In this document: piece by piece, positions 17,071 through 42,340 of the stretch
Layout of the letters: each line of letters opens with the position of its first letter
Numbering within the stretch: position 1 is the first letter of the stretch
DNA from: Oikopleura dioica
Taxonomy: Eukaryota > Animalia > Chordata
Assembly (NCBI GenBank): GCA_907165135.1
Contig: OU015569.1
Span: 3,658,001 to 3,722,000, forward strand
Length of the DNA: 64,000 bases
Direction: 5' to 3'
Program-made: the position numbers and the translations under genes
The notes under the pieces: model-generated
What the model saw: only the letters and a program-made list of their open reading frames with translations
The model's database searches: none
What the model was told of the DNA's origin: nothing

Positions 17071-17727
17071 AATGAGTGGCAGACGACATTCGTAAAAGCC
17101 AGCTCGGCAGAATTTGCGATGGGGATTTACAATTTCGACACTTATGAAAACCCGTGCGAGTACACGTGGGTACTTCAGACAAGGTACAGAATACAAAATT
17201 CGACTTTTCGAACTTTAAACAAAATTGTTTTTAGAAATGTCTGCGGCGCTATGCAAATCTTCGTAAACATGATTCTGGTCATCGTGTTTGCCAATGAAAA
17301 GAACTTGTCCTGCCATGAGGGTCTCATCGTCCAACCGGTCATTCAGGTAAGAATCAAGCCTTCACCCGCTGTATGACGATTTGAATGAATGCTATCGTTC
17401 CTTCCCAAACTTTGATTTTCCCAGGGTCTTCTGGGTTTTCTGACTATGGGATCAGCGACCACCGGTGCCTCTGTAACCATGGTCGTCATCAGCGGCCTCC
17501 TCAATCTCGTGGCGATTTTCGTCAACTGGCTCTTTTTCTACCTTTACACGAAGATTCAGCGAAAGTATTTAGCCATCCTCGATTTGTCGCTTTAACAGTA
17601 GTTCAGGGCGGAAAAAGAAGTGCCACTTGGGAGAAAGTACCTGTTCGGCACGATTCTGATGACTCTGATGGCTGGAACCAGCGCAATCATTGGCCTCGCC
17701 TTTCAGACCAAATGCCACAAGATTTAA
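17071..17727 (+). CDS. Multi-pass membrane protein, possibly PMP22/claudin-like (5' end unresolved)
   Basis: Three GT-AG introns join ...VCGAMQIFVNMILVIVFA...GLLGFLTMGS...VVISGLLNLVAIFVNWLFFYLY...KYLFGTILMTLMAGTSAIIGLAF...*, giving several hydrophobic helices. Confidence 0.45.
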
Positions 17728-18277
17728 ACTAGCAAAATTCCTCCCCCAAGAAGCCATGTAAATACGATACTGAATAAAAATCAACAACTGTTCAACTAAG
17801 CCTGCTTCCCTAACCAAAAGAAAAACAAGAAAGAATTCTTCAGTAATCCCGATTTCCTTGCTATTCCGTCTGTTCTGTTCATAACTTTGCTCATTTGTAC
17901 TACACAGAAACTCCGCAATCTATCCTCTGTACAAACCACTGCTCTCCCTCTATCTCATTTTCTTTCGTTTCCTTTCCAGTGTAGATAATAAAGAGACATA
18001 CAAACAAAGCAAAACTAGAGTTTTGAACAGATTTATTCCCTCCTTTTACGGACAGTTGATTAGTTCGTATTTGAGCTTTTCGAATATTGCTTGAATAATT
18101 GAATTGCATTCGTTTTTCGCAGGATCTTCGCTTTCCCCCTTCCTGAGCTCGGCGACCTGTGTGAATAACATGAGTCAGGGTCTGAAATATTTCCAGACAA
18201 CAACAAAACGAAATAACCTTTCCGATCAATTTTCAATTTGCGGCCCCTTTTTTAAAAAGCCGCTACGTGGCTTTTCT

Positions 18278-18834
18278 TTAGAGATCTTCCAGTCCCTGAC
18301 TCAGTTTTTCTACACAGATTGCTGAGCTCAGCTCCTTTTTCACTCGCTTCTGATCAGGGACTGCTTCGAACTCACAGTCACAAGAAAAAATTTCTACTGG
18401 ATTACCCTGATTGATCTGAGTTGAATTGAGGATCTCCTCAGCAGAGTCTTCCTCGTCCTCCTCGAGGCTGCAGTCGGACAATTTCAACTTGAGTCTGGCG
18501 ACAATGTTCTTTTCAAAAATAATTAATCGAGACATGAAGTCTCTTCCGTCGGGCCTCACCTGGAGCTCAGAATAGAATAGACCGTAATAGAAGACCGGAA
18601 ATCTGCTCAATGTCACTTGGAATGTGGCCAATAGAACCATCATCTGAGCAAATACGCAAGGATCGAGTAGCATCAGTTTGTCAGCTGGATTTTCCATTTT
18701 TTTCTTGCAGAGAAAAAATCACACTGTTCTCGGAAAAAATGGTTCAAAGATACCTTCTGTCGCTCGGCAAGGCTTTTTTCGACACTGTTCAGAAACTTCC
18801 AAAAGGGTATTAATGGGGTTAGGTAGCCGAGCAT
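18278..18834 (-). CDS. Small uncharacterised membrane protein with an acidic tail
   Basis: Two GT-AG introns join MLGYLTPLIPFW...CVFAQMMVLLATFQVTLSRFPVFYYGLFYSELQ|NIVARLKLKLSDCSLEEDEEDS...*. Confidence 0.4.
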
Positions 18835-19172
18835 TTTTCAAGTTAGAAAAAAAAGTAAAGCGGAAGTTATTTCTCTGGGGCGCGTAATTTTATTTGTGAG
18901 TCGTATTGGTCGGCATTAGATACCTTCATTAGATGCGTAGTGTCTGTAACAGTAAGAATAAAATAAGAACTCTAGAACTTTGATTTTTTGCCGCCGAAGG
19001 ACTTTATTCTTCCTAGGGTCAGCAATTTATCGATATCTTTTCCTATTGATTTCTTGCGAGAATACCACGCTTATCAGAAACGGTTTATATTCATTGCTTT
19101 CACTGCTTTGAGAATTTAAAAAGAGATTCGGAGAAACGCTTAGTTTTCCGCCGATGTTTTATAAATGAGATA

Positions 19173-19577
19173 CCGTGGTTTTCCATCTTAAGAGCGCCCA
19201 ACTTAAGAGCGTTTTTGCCAATATTTTCCAAATTTTGTTATCTGAAAAAATCCCAACTTTAGAGCGTTTTTAGGAATTTTTAATTAATAATTAGAATAAC
19301 GTCTATTTCAACCTGAAAAATCATTGAAAAAAATTGTTTTCTACGCTTTTTTCTCAGGTGAAATCATAGCCTCTGATTCAAAGATCGTAATTTTTTTATC
19401 ATAAATAGGTAAAAATGACCTCAGATGCATTTTTAGAGTTTTGGCAAAAATTCTTTTTATGCATTTTCATTCATCATTTTTTCATGTCATCCTAGTTTGA
19501 TCGTAAATTTTCCAACTTAAGAGCGTTTTGGTCTACCTTTGTCATCTGAAAAACGCTCTTAAGATGGAAAACGACGG
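19173..19577. mobile_element. Tc1/mariner-pogo-type MITE (405 bp)
   Basis: 24-bp TIRs CCGT(G/C)GTTTTCCATCTTAAGAGCG with 1 mismatch, flanked by TA on both sides. Internal copies of AACTTAAGAGCG; no ORF. Confidence 0.85.
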
Positions 19578-19603
19578 TAATACAGACTTCGGACAGGCGG
19601 AAT

Positions 19604-19760
19604 CTGTGCTCGGCAACCTGGGTAGAAAGCCTGAGTCAGGGTTTGAAACATTTTTAATGAAAAGCTGCCAGAATTTAAACTTTTATTTGAAAGATAATTT
19701 ATTTTTATTATGATCTTTCAAACCCTGTTCAGGTTTCTCTACACAAATTACCGATCTCAG
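19604..19760. mobile_element. Degenerate short MITE related to the element inside USP7
   Basis: Left end CTGTGCTCGGCAACCTG resembles CTGGGCTCGGCAACCTG at 61286. The right end is a decayed inverted repeat. Flanks GGCGGAAT and GTTGGAAT match at 6 of 8 positions. Confidence 0.6.
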
Positions 19761-22069
19761 GTTGGAATCGGACACCGGTGAGTGATATCGATCGCCTGGC
19801 TACTGTAGTAGTGTCCAAAGAGAGCCGATTAACGGTCGACCAGTCAACCATGCGAGTAACCAGAGAATCATTTTGTCCAAATCCAAATAAGGCAACAAAG
19901 ACACACTTATTTTATTGAAAATGAAAAGTGAAACTCATTACTTTTGAGAACTAGTATATTTTTACAACCATCGACTCTGAGTCGTCTTTTATTAGAGGGG
20001 AACATTTAATCATCAACGATTTTACTGGCGTTAATCCGCAAAAATGGTGATTCTTCTTCTTTCTTATTGCCTCAGAGTTTGAGATTAATATTGTCAGAAT
20101 CGAAGACAGAGAGAGCATTTTTAACGAAGTCGAGAAATTAATTATTGAAGTAAGTTTTCGCTTTGAAAATTCCATCCAGACGAGTAATGGCCGGGCCCAA
20201 GGGGTTGAAACGCCGTGCTGATCGAATCTATTCAGACAACTGAGGCTTCGGTTTAACCCGCTTGAGACTATTATCGCAACGGTCGGTTCGCCATCACCGA
20301 GCTGATTGGCCACATTTCAACACCGCGCGTTTTCAGCTCCGTGGGCGGCTCTTTTCACACGGTCGAACCCTTTTTCTCCGCGCAGAGATATTACCCTAAG
20401 AAAACAACCCTGAGCTGCTTGAGCCCTTTCTTCCGCCCTGCCTCTCAGCTCGCCTCCCTCGTCCATTTACCACGATATTCATTTTACGGCGCCTTTATCT
20501 ACACTGCCGCTCGATGGAAATTTTGATTAGTAAATTAATTGACTTTTTAAATTAATAAAAATTTACTTGAAGTAACCATGACATGGTTTTTCAGCTCCCT
20601 TTTAAAAAGTCCATGCTTTCAATTGTATCCGTAATTTTCTACCAATTTGATAATCGCTAATTGTTATTAAATGATTGTAAAGAGATTTTGAAGTATACAG
20701 TCTGTTATACTGTTGCGAACGTCTGTGCGTGTGCGTGCGGCCGAGTGCAAGGTCAGCACCATTTTCATATTCGGATTTATGGCCCCTCTCACCCGGGGCG
20801 GGCGGCGGCGAAACTGTGTGCTTCAATTTGAAAGAGATTTCTAGTTTCACTCACTCACCGCCCAGCATAAAGCGAAACGCTCTATGAATCATCAGTAAGT
20901 GATGATTGACGGCTTTCATGCGCCCGGGCCAGCCCATCGCCGGTTTTCGCTTTATCCTGTGCAAAATAAAACAAAAAAATAGTGAGACAGTGAGAGAAAC
21001 GGATATTTTTAGATCAAAACCTAAACACCATCGGGACACTACTTTTTACGGCCACTAATAATAAGCTGATGATTAGGCTAGGGACTCTTTGCTGCTTTCT
21101 GCTGACGAATTGAAGAATTTTTCGGAGAAAGTAAAAAGGGAGGCCGGGAGACTGATTTCGGGTGGGATTATTCTTTCTCAATTTATGGTGCCTGAACGCT
21201 GGTATTCTTGTTTAGTTGACAAAAGGCGCGGGCCACTCTCCTCATTCGTGGGTGTCTTTTTGTATGTCGCAGAAACGACAGACACAGAAAGAGAAATTAA
21301 ACTAGCGTAAAAATAAATATCGCTCTTGCTTGCTTGTTACTTGTTTCTCCGCCCTTTTTTTTACTTTTTGGCTTTCCTCCTTGATATCAATGTTTGTTGT
21401 TTGGGCGAGGAGAAAGTATCACTCTAGTAACAGTATCAGATTAAAGAAAAAGCGCGTATGACCTTATTTCGAAAGCAACCCCCGCTGGGCAGACAAAAAT
21501 GTGTTCCATCCATTCCTAAACAAATCCTAAAGAAACCGTCCATTCATAACTTACTCCCTTGCCTGTATGAGTGCGAATGCGAGTTTCGTCTTTTTCACGA
21601 GTTATTTTCTAGATGGCCAATATTTGCGCTGCGAATTTATACAATTTTTCAGTCACTGCACATCAAGGCCAGCTAGAGAGCAGACGCACGAAGACAAAAA
21701 CAGACAGCTCAATGTTTTTTCTAGTGTAGGATTACCTTTCACTACTTTCTTTATTTCTTTCATTCATTCAGCTCGCTTTCAATCCGAAATCGGGCGTGTA
21801 TTTTTGCCCCGTTTTTATTTATTTTCGATAATCATTCAACAACCAGCTCCAAATGCAAACCAACCGCTACGTTTCTTTTTTTTCCGCTCATCACACGAAA
21901 TTAACTCCAACTTTTTTCCGCGAAAAAGAAAGAGAAAAATCTATTTCGTCTTTTTTGTTTTTTTTCGGCCAAGTACTGTTGAGTAGCGATTGACGTGTGT
22001 ATTCTTTTCAGATACTGTATATTGTGAGTCCCGTTTGACAAGCTAGGCGTCTTTCCAGCACCTTCGAAT

Positions 22070-34294
<12,225 letters not shown>

Positions 34295-35206
34295 CTCTAT
34301 TTATACTGCATTTTGAGCCCTTGTTACAGTATGTTGCGCCCCTTTAAAACTCACGCTCAACTTTTCATACAGTACTTACTCAGTAAGTCTTACTGTTGCT
34401 TCTTCTCCCACTTCTACTTTTGTACTTATCCCCCGTTCTGTGCCTAAACCTCTCCTTGCGACAATCAAGCACACCCTCACAGCATAGTTTTTTTATCTCT
34501 TATCAAAAGCAGAATATTAATAATAATAATAATGATAAGACGTTTCGTTCAAGACTCAACGGTATGACACGCCTTACCGCATGCTGACCCTCTTCTTTTT
34601 GAATAATAATCTGTACTTTGAATTTCGTTTTTGCTTATCTTTTTTAAATGCTCTTGAAGCCATTCCGTCGCCCCAATTCACATGTTCGACAGTTTCGTTT
34701 AACTTCAAAATTGCAACTTAGCACCAACCCTTTCCCCGATCAACCCCGACTTACTACTAATCGTACCTTCATAAATCAGTATCGCCAAACATCAAAAAAA
34801 ATAATTCAATAAAAATGCTTTAACTTAGACCAGTTGATTTACCATTCCAACAAAGAAAATATCAGTGTTTCTTTGAGGAGTTACTTGTCTATATTTTTGC
34901 AGGATTTCTTTTTTTTAATGCATGTCAAAGCTTATAAAAGGGACTGATTAGCAGGTTATCGACAAGGAAAATCGGCAGGAAAATATTAATTATTCGATGA
35001 AGATCCCCTTTATTCGGGCCAAATTATTCAAAGCGATTTCTTTTCGTCTTGAGAGAAGTACTAAGCTCGAATATATCCCGTGCACGCTGTAAGTACTTTT
35101 TGGAAGCACGATCTTCTTAACAACATAATTTATTCACTTGCTTGATATATAAGTATTTATCTTATTCTCATCCTAACAGTAATCAGATTAGAGTCCAAAG
35201 AAAAGC

Positions 35207-35690
35207 ATGAAGATTTTTATCGCTCTTGTCTTCTCCAACGCCGCGGTTGCGAATATTTCCTGCATGTTTCCAGGTTACTCGCAAAGTTTTATTAATCAAC
35301 AACCCTTTCGTAACGAGAATAAATAAACCCAAAAGTAAAGTTAGCTTAATTTGCACTCACGTTTAGCAAATCAAGTCGAAATTAGATGTATTTTTACCAA
35401 AGCTCACCACGTATCTGACCTCGGCAAATCCGCGGCAATTTAAATTTATTATATCAATAAATTCAACTATTTTGCATACTTGCAAAGGTCACTAATTCAA
35501 CAAAATCAGCTTATATTCTTGCTAAATTACTCGGTGTTCCATTTAGCGCTTGCCTACAAATATGGGAACCTGCTTGATTGTAATGGTGCTGCGAAGAGAG
35601 CCGTGGCAGATGCTGATGATGATTTCTTCAAGGGGCGGTTCAATTTGACATTTTGTTTATTATACTTAAAATCGAAGTCAATTAAATAGT
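35207..35690 (+). CDS. Possible small secreted protein (exon structure ambiguous)
   Basis: Signal-peptide-like MKIFIALVFSNAAVANISCMFP is followed by a GT donor. At least two downstream splice solutions are possible. Confidence 0.3.
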
Positions 35691-36293
35691 AGAAATAACT
35701 GCTTGATTAGTCTCAATAGTTTATTAGTGAATTTATTCAGAAACAAAGTGTTCGTTTTATAGTTACCTATCTGAGTGTTTTTGATTCAAACTCTTCAACA
35801 AAAACATATGTTTCGTAATAACAATGCGAAGTAACGGGAATTTTATTAAATTTGTTAATTAAAGTTGTATCAGGTTGATGTTTGTTCTCAAAACAAGTTT
35901 TGTTTCAAAGAAATCTCAGAGCGAAAGTGAACCTCAAATAGCGCTACAATCCTGAACTTTCAATGCTCGACGAAATTACTCGAAGTTTCTAGCGCGGGAG
36001 CGTTTGAGAGATACGGCGGTAATATTCTTACTGTCAAGTGATAATACACGTATTTTATCGTAGTCCTCAAAAAGCAATTTTTTCCAAGCATAAAACAACA
36101 ACACATGTATTTTTATAGATTTTATTAAGAATTGAGAAATTACAAAAGAGTGTGATTTAAACCCTAGTCGTGACAATCACGTTAAGGGTCGTTCGTCGAT
36201 ATTTTTTTTTCAGTTTTTTTTTTGGTTTGAAGATTTGTAAAAATGAGATTTAGTGTGATTTACAGGATGAGTTTTACTTTTTTGTCGATTTTT

Positions 36294-37406
36294 TCAACCT
36301 TTGAATTGCTTGAGACCGAACTTGGTGGCGTGCTTGGCAGCGTTGTTTTTCTGGTACTTCTTGATGTGTTCGATTAGCTTGAATGGTCGGGAGCCGTGTG
36401 TAGATCGCGAGACTGGGTTGCCTTGAGAGTCTTTGGTCACCCAGTTGCAGATGGGAAGCGAGCCAGGGAAGTCAGTGCAGAATCGGAAGTATGTCTTCAG
36501 CCGGAAGTAATCGAGTTTGTTCAACTAGAATTCGTTTAGATGCTAACTTTTTAAACTGTTTTCTTGGGAAGTAAAAGTCGCTTTTGGTGCTAAAGAAAAA
36601 TTGTTGTGGTCTAAAATATTATCTTTCAAGGGGCATTTAATGTTTTTGGTCACAACTCATTTTAAGAAAACTTAGTGGAGCGCTTTGAAAATAGACTTAC
36701 GTAGTGGAAGGCGGCGGACTCGTCGCATTTCCCAAAGCTTTCTCTAATGGTCACGGCAAACTTCTCAAAATAGTTGTAAAGTCCTTCCTTGACTTGGTCG
36801 AATTTTGGAGTCCATCTGTCAATTCGTTGCTAAAATTCGTTTAAAAACTTAATTTTACGGCAAACAAGACAAACCTTAGTAGCTGGGTATCGTTGAAGGG
36901 CGTTTCTGTTTTCTCCACTGGCTTGGTTAGCCCAGCACTCTTCGGAGTCGGCCTTCACCATTTTCCTCAGTGTTTCCAGACGATTGCTCAACTTAGTCAT
37001 TGGGCGCTTGTACTGCTCGCTGAAGATGTCGACCAGCATTCCGGTGTTGTGGATCTTCTCGAGCTTCTGGTACTCGTTTTTCTCCCAGCGTGGATTCCAC
37101 TTGGTGTCTTAAGAGAAAAGAGTAAGAACAATGCCGACAAGGATTAATAATTACAGGAAATTCAAGGAAAAGCTACTTACTTCTTTGTCTTCTAAATTTT
37201 GGGTTAGAGTACTTTCGTTCCTTCTCTGGGGCACCAACTCGCTTCTTCTTGTTCTTCTTCTTTTTCTTTCTTCGTCTTTCTTGGACGTCGGTAGGAGGCT
37301 CGATGGTCGTCGTCGCTTCAGTCGTCACAAGAAAAGATGCGTCTTCGAATTCGTACTGTGCGGAAACCATGCTGCTGGCAACGCTCAACATGTTCAACAA
37401 TCTCAT
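36294..37406 (-). CDS. Uncharacterised secreted basic protein, 4 exons
   Basis: Signal peptide MRLLNMLSVASSMVSA, Thr-rich stretch and poly-Lys tract. Three GT-AG introns join one open frame ending ...TKFGLKQFKG*. Confidence 0.7.
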
Positions 37407-38679
37407 TCTCAGTTAAAAATGTAAATCTGTTTTTTGTTATAAAAAGAAAAACTCGATGGTCTTACCTCGACCGTTCGGTGCTTATAAGTTCTCAGGCGGC
37501 GCGAGAGAGCGCGCTTTTCCTCACATTCTAGAGCGCTAGAAAGGATAATTACCAGATATGGAGTAAATACAACGGTTCATTTTTGAGCATACCGTATATT
37601 TGCATTAACTAAAAATTCGTTTTTTATTATTTGTTCGTTTCAATTAGGGCGGTTCTTATTCTTTAGTATTAATCCTGGCCCGTTAAAAGTCATTTTGGTC
37701 TTTTTTTTTGCAAAAAAATGCTCAAAGTGTTGAAAGTTAGCACTTTTTTTATAATGTCTTGAATATATGGTATATTATGAACCTAAGAAACATTCTCTAA
37801 ATGGAAGGGTTTTCTTTTTTCAAAGTAATCCGCGCTAAGAATCAATGATGTTTATTTCCAGAAAAGATTTGTCGAAGAAAAACTCATTTCAGTGATAGTC
37901 TGAGTCTTCAAATCGACAAGGAGGAATGAGAAAGAGCCCATAGAGCGTTTTCGATCCAAATGTCGCAGTTTTTCTAAAACGTATTTTTAGGATCAATAAA
38001 AACTCTTTTCTTTCGAAAAATGTTAGGGAGAAAAACAAGGAATCGAAAACAAGGATTAAAACTTTTCAAGGGTCTAAGCGGGCGTATTTAGGGTTATGCT
38101 ACATTTTTGTTGAATCCTCTAGAAAGACAGGCGAATTGAGCCCGAATGAATTCGCAAGGCAGAAATGTTATTGTAACTACATCGATCCCTTGTCAGTGAA
38201 TTACTCTTGCCGCCGTTATCGCTCCTGATCAGCATCATGATAAACAGTTACAATGAAAAATTGTTGTAATGTCTTCAGCCATCAGTTGACTAAACAAACG
38301 AATAAAATTAAAATTAAATTCAAGTTGCGTTATCAGTTATTTTGCGGCTTCGTTTTTGTTATAGCCGCTACGCGGCTTTTCATTTTCGCTCTTTCAGAGC
38401 CTGACTCAGGTTTACAACACAGGTTGCTGAGCACAGCGCATGACGGCTGTTTATTAATTCTCGGTGAAGTAAAGATGTTTTCATCTTTGATTTTTGTACA
38501 CGGTTTCGAGTCGAATTTTCACCACTGCTCAGTTTTTTTTGTGAACAAGGCTCACTTCCCTATCTTATCTTAGAAATGTAAATTGATAATCTTAATCAGC
38601 GGAAAGAGAGAGAGAGTTAGTATTGTTTAAATCACTCGATCCCATATTTTGTAAAATAGGTTTGACTGAAAGACGGAAA

Positions 38680-40926
38680 ATGGAGAAGAAACAGGCTGGC
38701 GAAAAACGGAAGCGAGTCGAATCGAAGTCAGAAGATCTTGCGATCTTGCCGGGCGGCAGCGGAGCATTTACGCCGCCAGAGAACAAAAAACAAAACTTTA
38801 ATATTAAAATTCAAATGCAATCTCAAACAGAGACAACTGGCACCACCTACAGAGCAGCGACAAACAACAATGATAACTTCATGAATCAGAAGAAATTAAC
38901 GAAGAAGGAAGAGCAGAAAAAGACCGACGATGAATCATTTAAGCAGATCGAAAAGTCAATTTATCAGGATGGGCTCAAAAGTGAGGTAAATGATGCCAGA
39001 TATCTCGCACTTCTACTGCAACATTACTGTCTTAGAGCACGAAAAATACGTATGCTATACAGCAAGCTCTTGGGCGAGGAGGCTTCGCGAAGGTTTACAA
39101 AGCAGTGGAGACCATTGCTGATCTCGGCGGCAACGGGCCTGGGATCACGCAAACAATCGCCTTGAAAGTAATTCCAAAGACAAGAATTTCTAGAGAAGAT
39201 CAGTACAAAAAAGTAATGCGCGAGATCAAGCTTCAGTCCGGATGTAATCACCCAAATATTCTGTCGATGTTTTCGAACTGGGAAAGCGATACCTGCGTAG
39301 CCGTAAGTTAAAGGCCTTATTTTGAGACGGAGAAGTTGATTTCATATTAAGATGGTGTTAGACTACTGCGAGGGCGGTTCTCTTTCTTCGTATTCAAAAC
39401 AGTTCGACAACAGGGTAATTTCTTTTTACGTGTCAAATACCTTATCTGTTAAAGATTGTGGGATTTGAAAACGCTGCTTGGATCATTGGACAAGTTCTTA
39501 GAGGCGTACAGTACTTGCATGAACGCGGCATCATTCATCGTGATATCAAGCCTGCTAACATTCTCCTTTCAATGGGTCGCTGTCTGATCGCCGACTTTGG
39601 ACTTGCACTAGAGAAACATGAACGGGAATTTATCATTTGCGGGACGCCGAATTACATTTCCCCAGAAGTGTACGAACGAAAGCTACATACGGAAGCGGCA
39701 GATATTTGGGCAGTGGGTCTGGTTTACTTTTCCATTATGGAAGGCAGATCAGGATTCAGCTATAATCCTGTCGAAACTCTTCAGAAGCGAGTCAAAGACG
39801 TAGCTCACACACCACATCGGCAGGAAACCCCTCAAATCTCGCGCGACTTCTTCAAAAGAATTATAGGCTTGGTTTGTGATAATCATAAATTAACAAAAAG
39901 CTTGATATTTAACAAACCATCTCAAGTAAAAGATCCGAAGCATCGTCCGAGCATCGACTTCCTTCTAAGGCATCGCGCAGTAACAAATAGACCTGAATCT
40001 ACCAGTGACGAGTCAACGATGTCAAATAACAACGAAAAAACCTGTCGATATATTTCACTCCTGAAGGCATGGAATCGAGTTCTCTCCCAGGAAGAAGCTG
40101 TTTGGGAAAGCGATCCAGAGACAGTCCAATGCTCCCCAGAAAGGAGCAAGATAATCCGTATGCGCCGCTGTATATCTCTAAATTTATTGACAATCACACG
40201 TATACCGGCAAGTTTATAGATCATCGATTTATGTCGATTTCAAACATTTTCTAGGGCTAGGTTATCTGATGTCTAATGGTGACGTCGGGGTGTGGAAAGC
40301 AGGCGGATTTCAAGTTCTAGAGCACGGTCCAGACAAATCATTGGAAATTCGATACAGAGGCGAAAAATGGGAGACGATTCCTGAGTGGTACTTTAATGAC
40401 AACCCAGAGTGCTTGAACGAAAGCTTAGCTGAAATCGAGTCGATGAGAAACGGCATGGGAAAGCTACAAAACGCAGTCACGTGTCTCCGAGGGCGAGTGG
40501 CAATGAAGCCTCCGACCCATCTAGTCTACTGTAAGAGGCTAGGGCTTCGTGCGATTGTGTTCTTCTTCTCGAATGGTGACTACCAAGTGAACTTCTTAGA
40601 GCCAGCCTCTAAGCGTATGAAGATCATTGGATCGAAGGTATCTTTTTTCTCTCTTCATGTTGATAAGTGTTCACTAGAATGGTATTTGCCTTATTGACAG
40701 GCAACGAAAAAAACACTACAAGAGCTGGGACAGCCTGAACGAACACGAGCGAATCGTCATCGACACAGAAGAAGCCATAAACGACAGTGATTTCAAATCA
40801 TTAATAGAAAACGCGCACCAAGAGCTTTTACTTAACAAAGTATACAAGTCGGAAACGGCCGGAATAATCATTTTTACAGAGAAAAGCCGAGCGAAATGGA
40901 GGTGGCCACGACTGCATCAGTCTTAA
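38680..40926 (+). CDS. Divergent Polo-like kinase
   Basis: Spliced LGRGGFAKVY, IALKVIPK, HRDIKPANILL, DFG and ICGTPNYISPEV. Two polo-box-like segments: YISKFIDN...LGYLMSNGDVGV and RAIVFFFSNGDYQVNF. Confidence 0.85.
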
Positions 40927-41737
40927 TTGTAGACTTTTGCCGAAAATCGTCATTCTGTAACTTTTCCTGCACAGATAACGTCCGATTTCTGATCCGTCAA
41001 ACAATCGTTTACTTTTAATAAATAATAATTTTCCTGAATTGAAGAGGCCATTTCATAAATACTTCTGTTTTGTAAATTAACGAAAAAGGCGCTGGGTTCA
41101 GTCGCAGCCAATTTATCGTGAACATACATGCCAGAAATAACAAGCCACCGAAAGCTCAACTAAAACAGGGTGGCGTTCTCTTCTCTGTTTGAAAGGACAA
41201 CCGTGTTTTTTGGTTTGCGGAGTCGTTTTGGTTAAAATATTTAACGTTTAAAAGATATCTGACGAAAACCACTATATTTAAGCGAGCATAAGCAAAGTTC
41301 GTTTCTGCGGCAATGCGAGCTTTCATTAACTCTCTGTACTCGTTTATGAATACTTCTGCATCATGGCTGCATGGCTAAGGGACGCATGATAATGTCATTA
41401 AAATAATTCAATAAATCATTGAGTGTTTCTGTGCGTAATAATCAGCTTTGTGCAGACAACAAACAGGCAATTAAACTAAATTAAATGTCACGTTTTTTTT
41501 GTGATCGACATCTTTTCGGACAGTTTTTGGTGGCACCTTACTAGTACTATATTTTATACAGATATGATATCTTACGATATATATACGATATCTGAGATAT
41601 CGAAAACAACAATTTGCTATCTATTTGGATCGATAAGAAAAAAATGCTATCCTACTATGTCTCAAATACTTCTTATCAAGGTAAAATCTTCACCTGCATC
41701 CCGCTGAGATCTCCCGTCTCACGCTGAGATTTCCGGT

Positions 41738-42340
41738 ATGCTGGCGCTCTATTGCTCCAAGACCGGATATATATCAGATTCACCATCGTCAGAATTCATA
41801 AACATGATTCCAAAATTGACGCCAGAACAAGAGTCCTCTCTAAATACTTGGTTTGAAATAAATCAACGCCCAACAAAGAAAGAAAAGGCAAGCATGTGTC
41901 AACTGCTCGAACTTTCAGAGAAGGAGGTCGATCGATGGTATCGGGAAAAGAGATATTTCTTCAAAAGATCGCTTCCTTCTAAGCAAAAAATAGATGAAAT
42001 GAAGACCGGCCTTGACCTTCACATCAAGAGAATATCAAAATCTCGAGAGATTTTCTACCAAATGAAGAGGAAATACAACAAAACATCGGTCACACGAGAT
42101 CTTGAAGCGAACGTCAAAAATATATCCTCATTTGACGATTTCTCGGAAGATGTGTCATCCTTCAAGCTTCTAGAGGAGGAATATAGCATTAAAACGAATT
42201 TCGACGATGCCGACTTTCTCCCGAATCTTTCCGCGATTCAAAACGATGATGCTCACCGAGAAGAAGAGTCCTCGTTTCATCTCCTTTCAGAAGAAAGTTT
42301 CCCCATCTGTCTCTTCCCCTTCTTCTATTTTTGTACGTAA
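41738..42340 (+). CDS. Single-exon gene with a degenerate homeodomain
   Basis: KLTPEQESSLNTWFEINQRPTKKEKASMCQLLELSEKEVDRWYREKRY fits homeodomain helix spacing (L16, F20, P26, L40, W48, R53). Confidence 0.65.
   Translation: MLALYCSKTGYISDSPSSEFINMIPKLTPEQESSLNTWFEINQRPTKKEKASMCQLLELSEKEVDRWYREKRYFFKRSLPSKQKIDEMKTGLDLHIKRISKSREIFYQMKRKYNKTSVTRDLEANVKNISSFDDFSEDVSSFKLLEEEYSIKTNFDDADFLPNLSAIQNDDAHREEESSFHLLSEESFPICLFPFFYFCT

Noticed and set aside
19951-20313. 120-aa minus-strand ORF
   Set aside because: Non-ATG start, no recognisable motif and no splice support.
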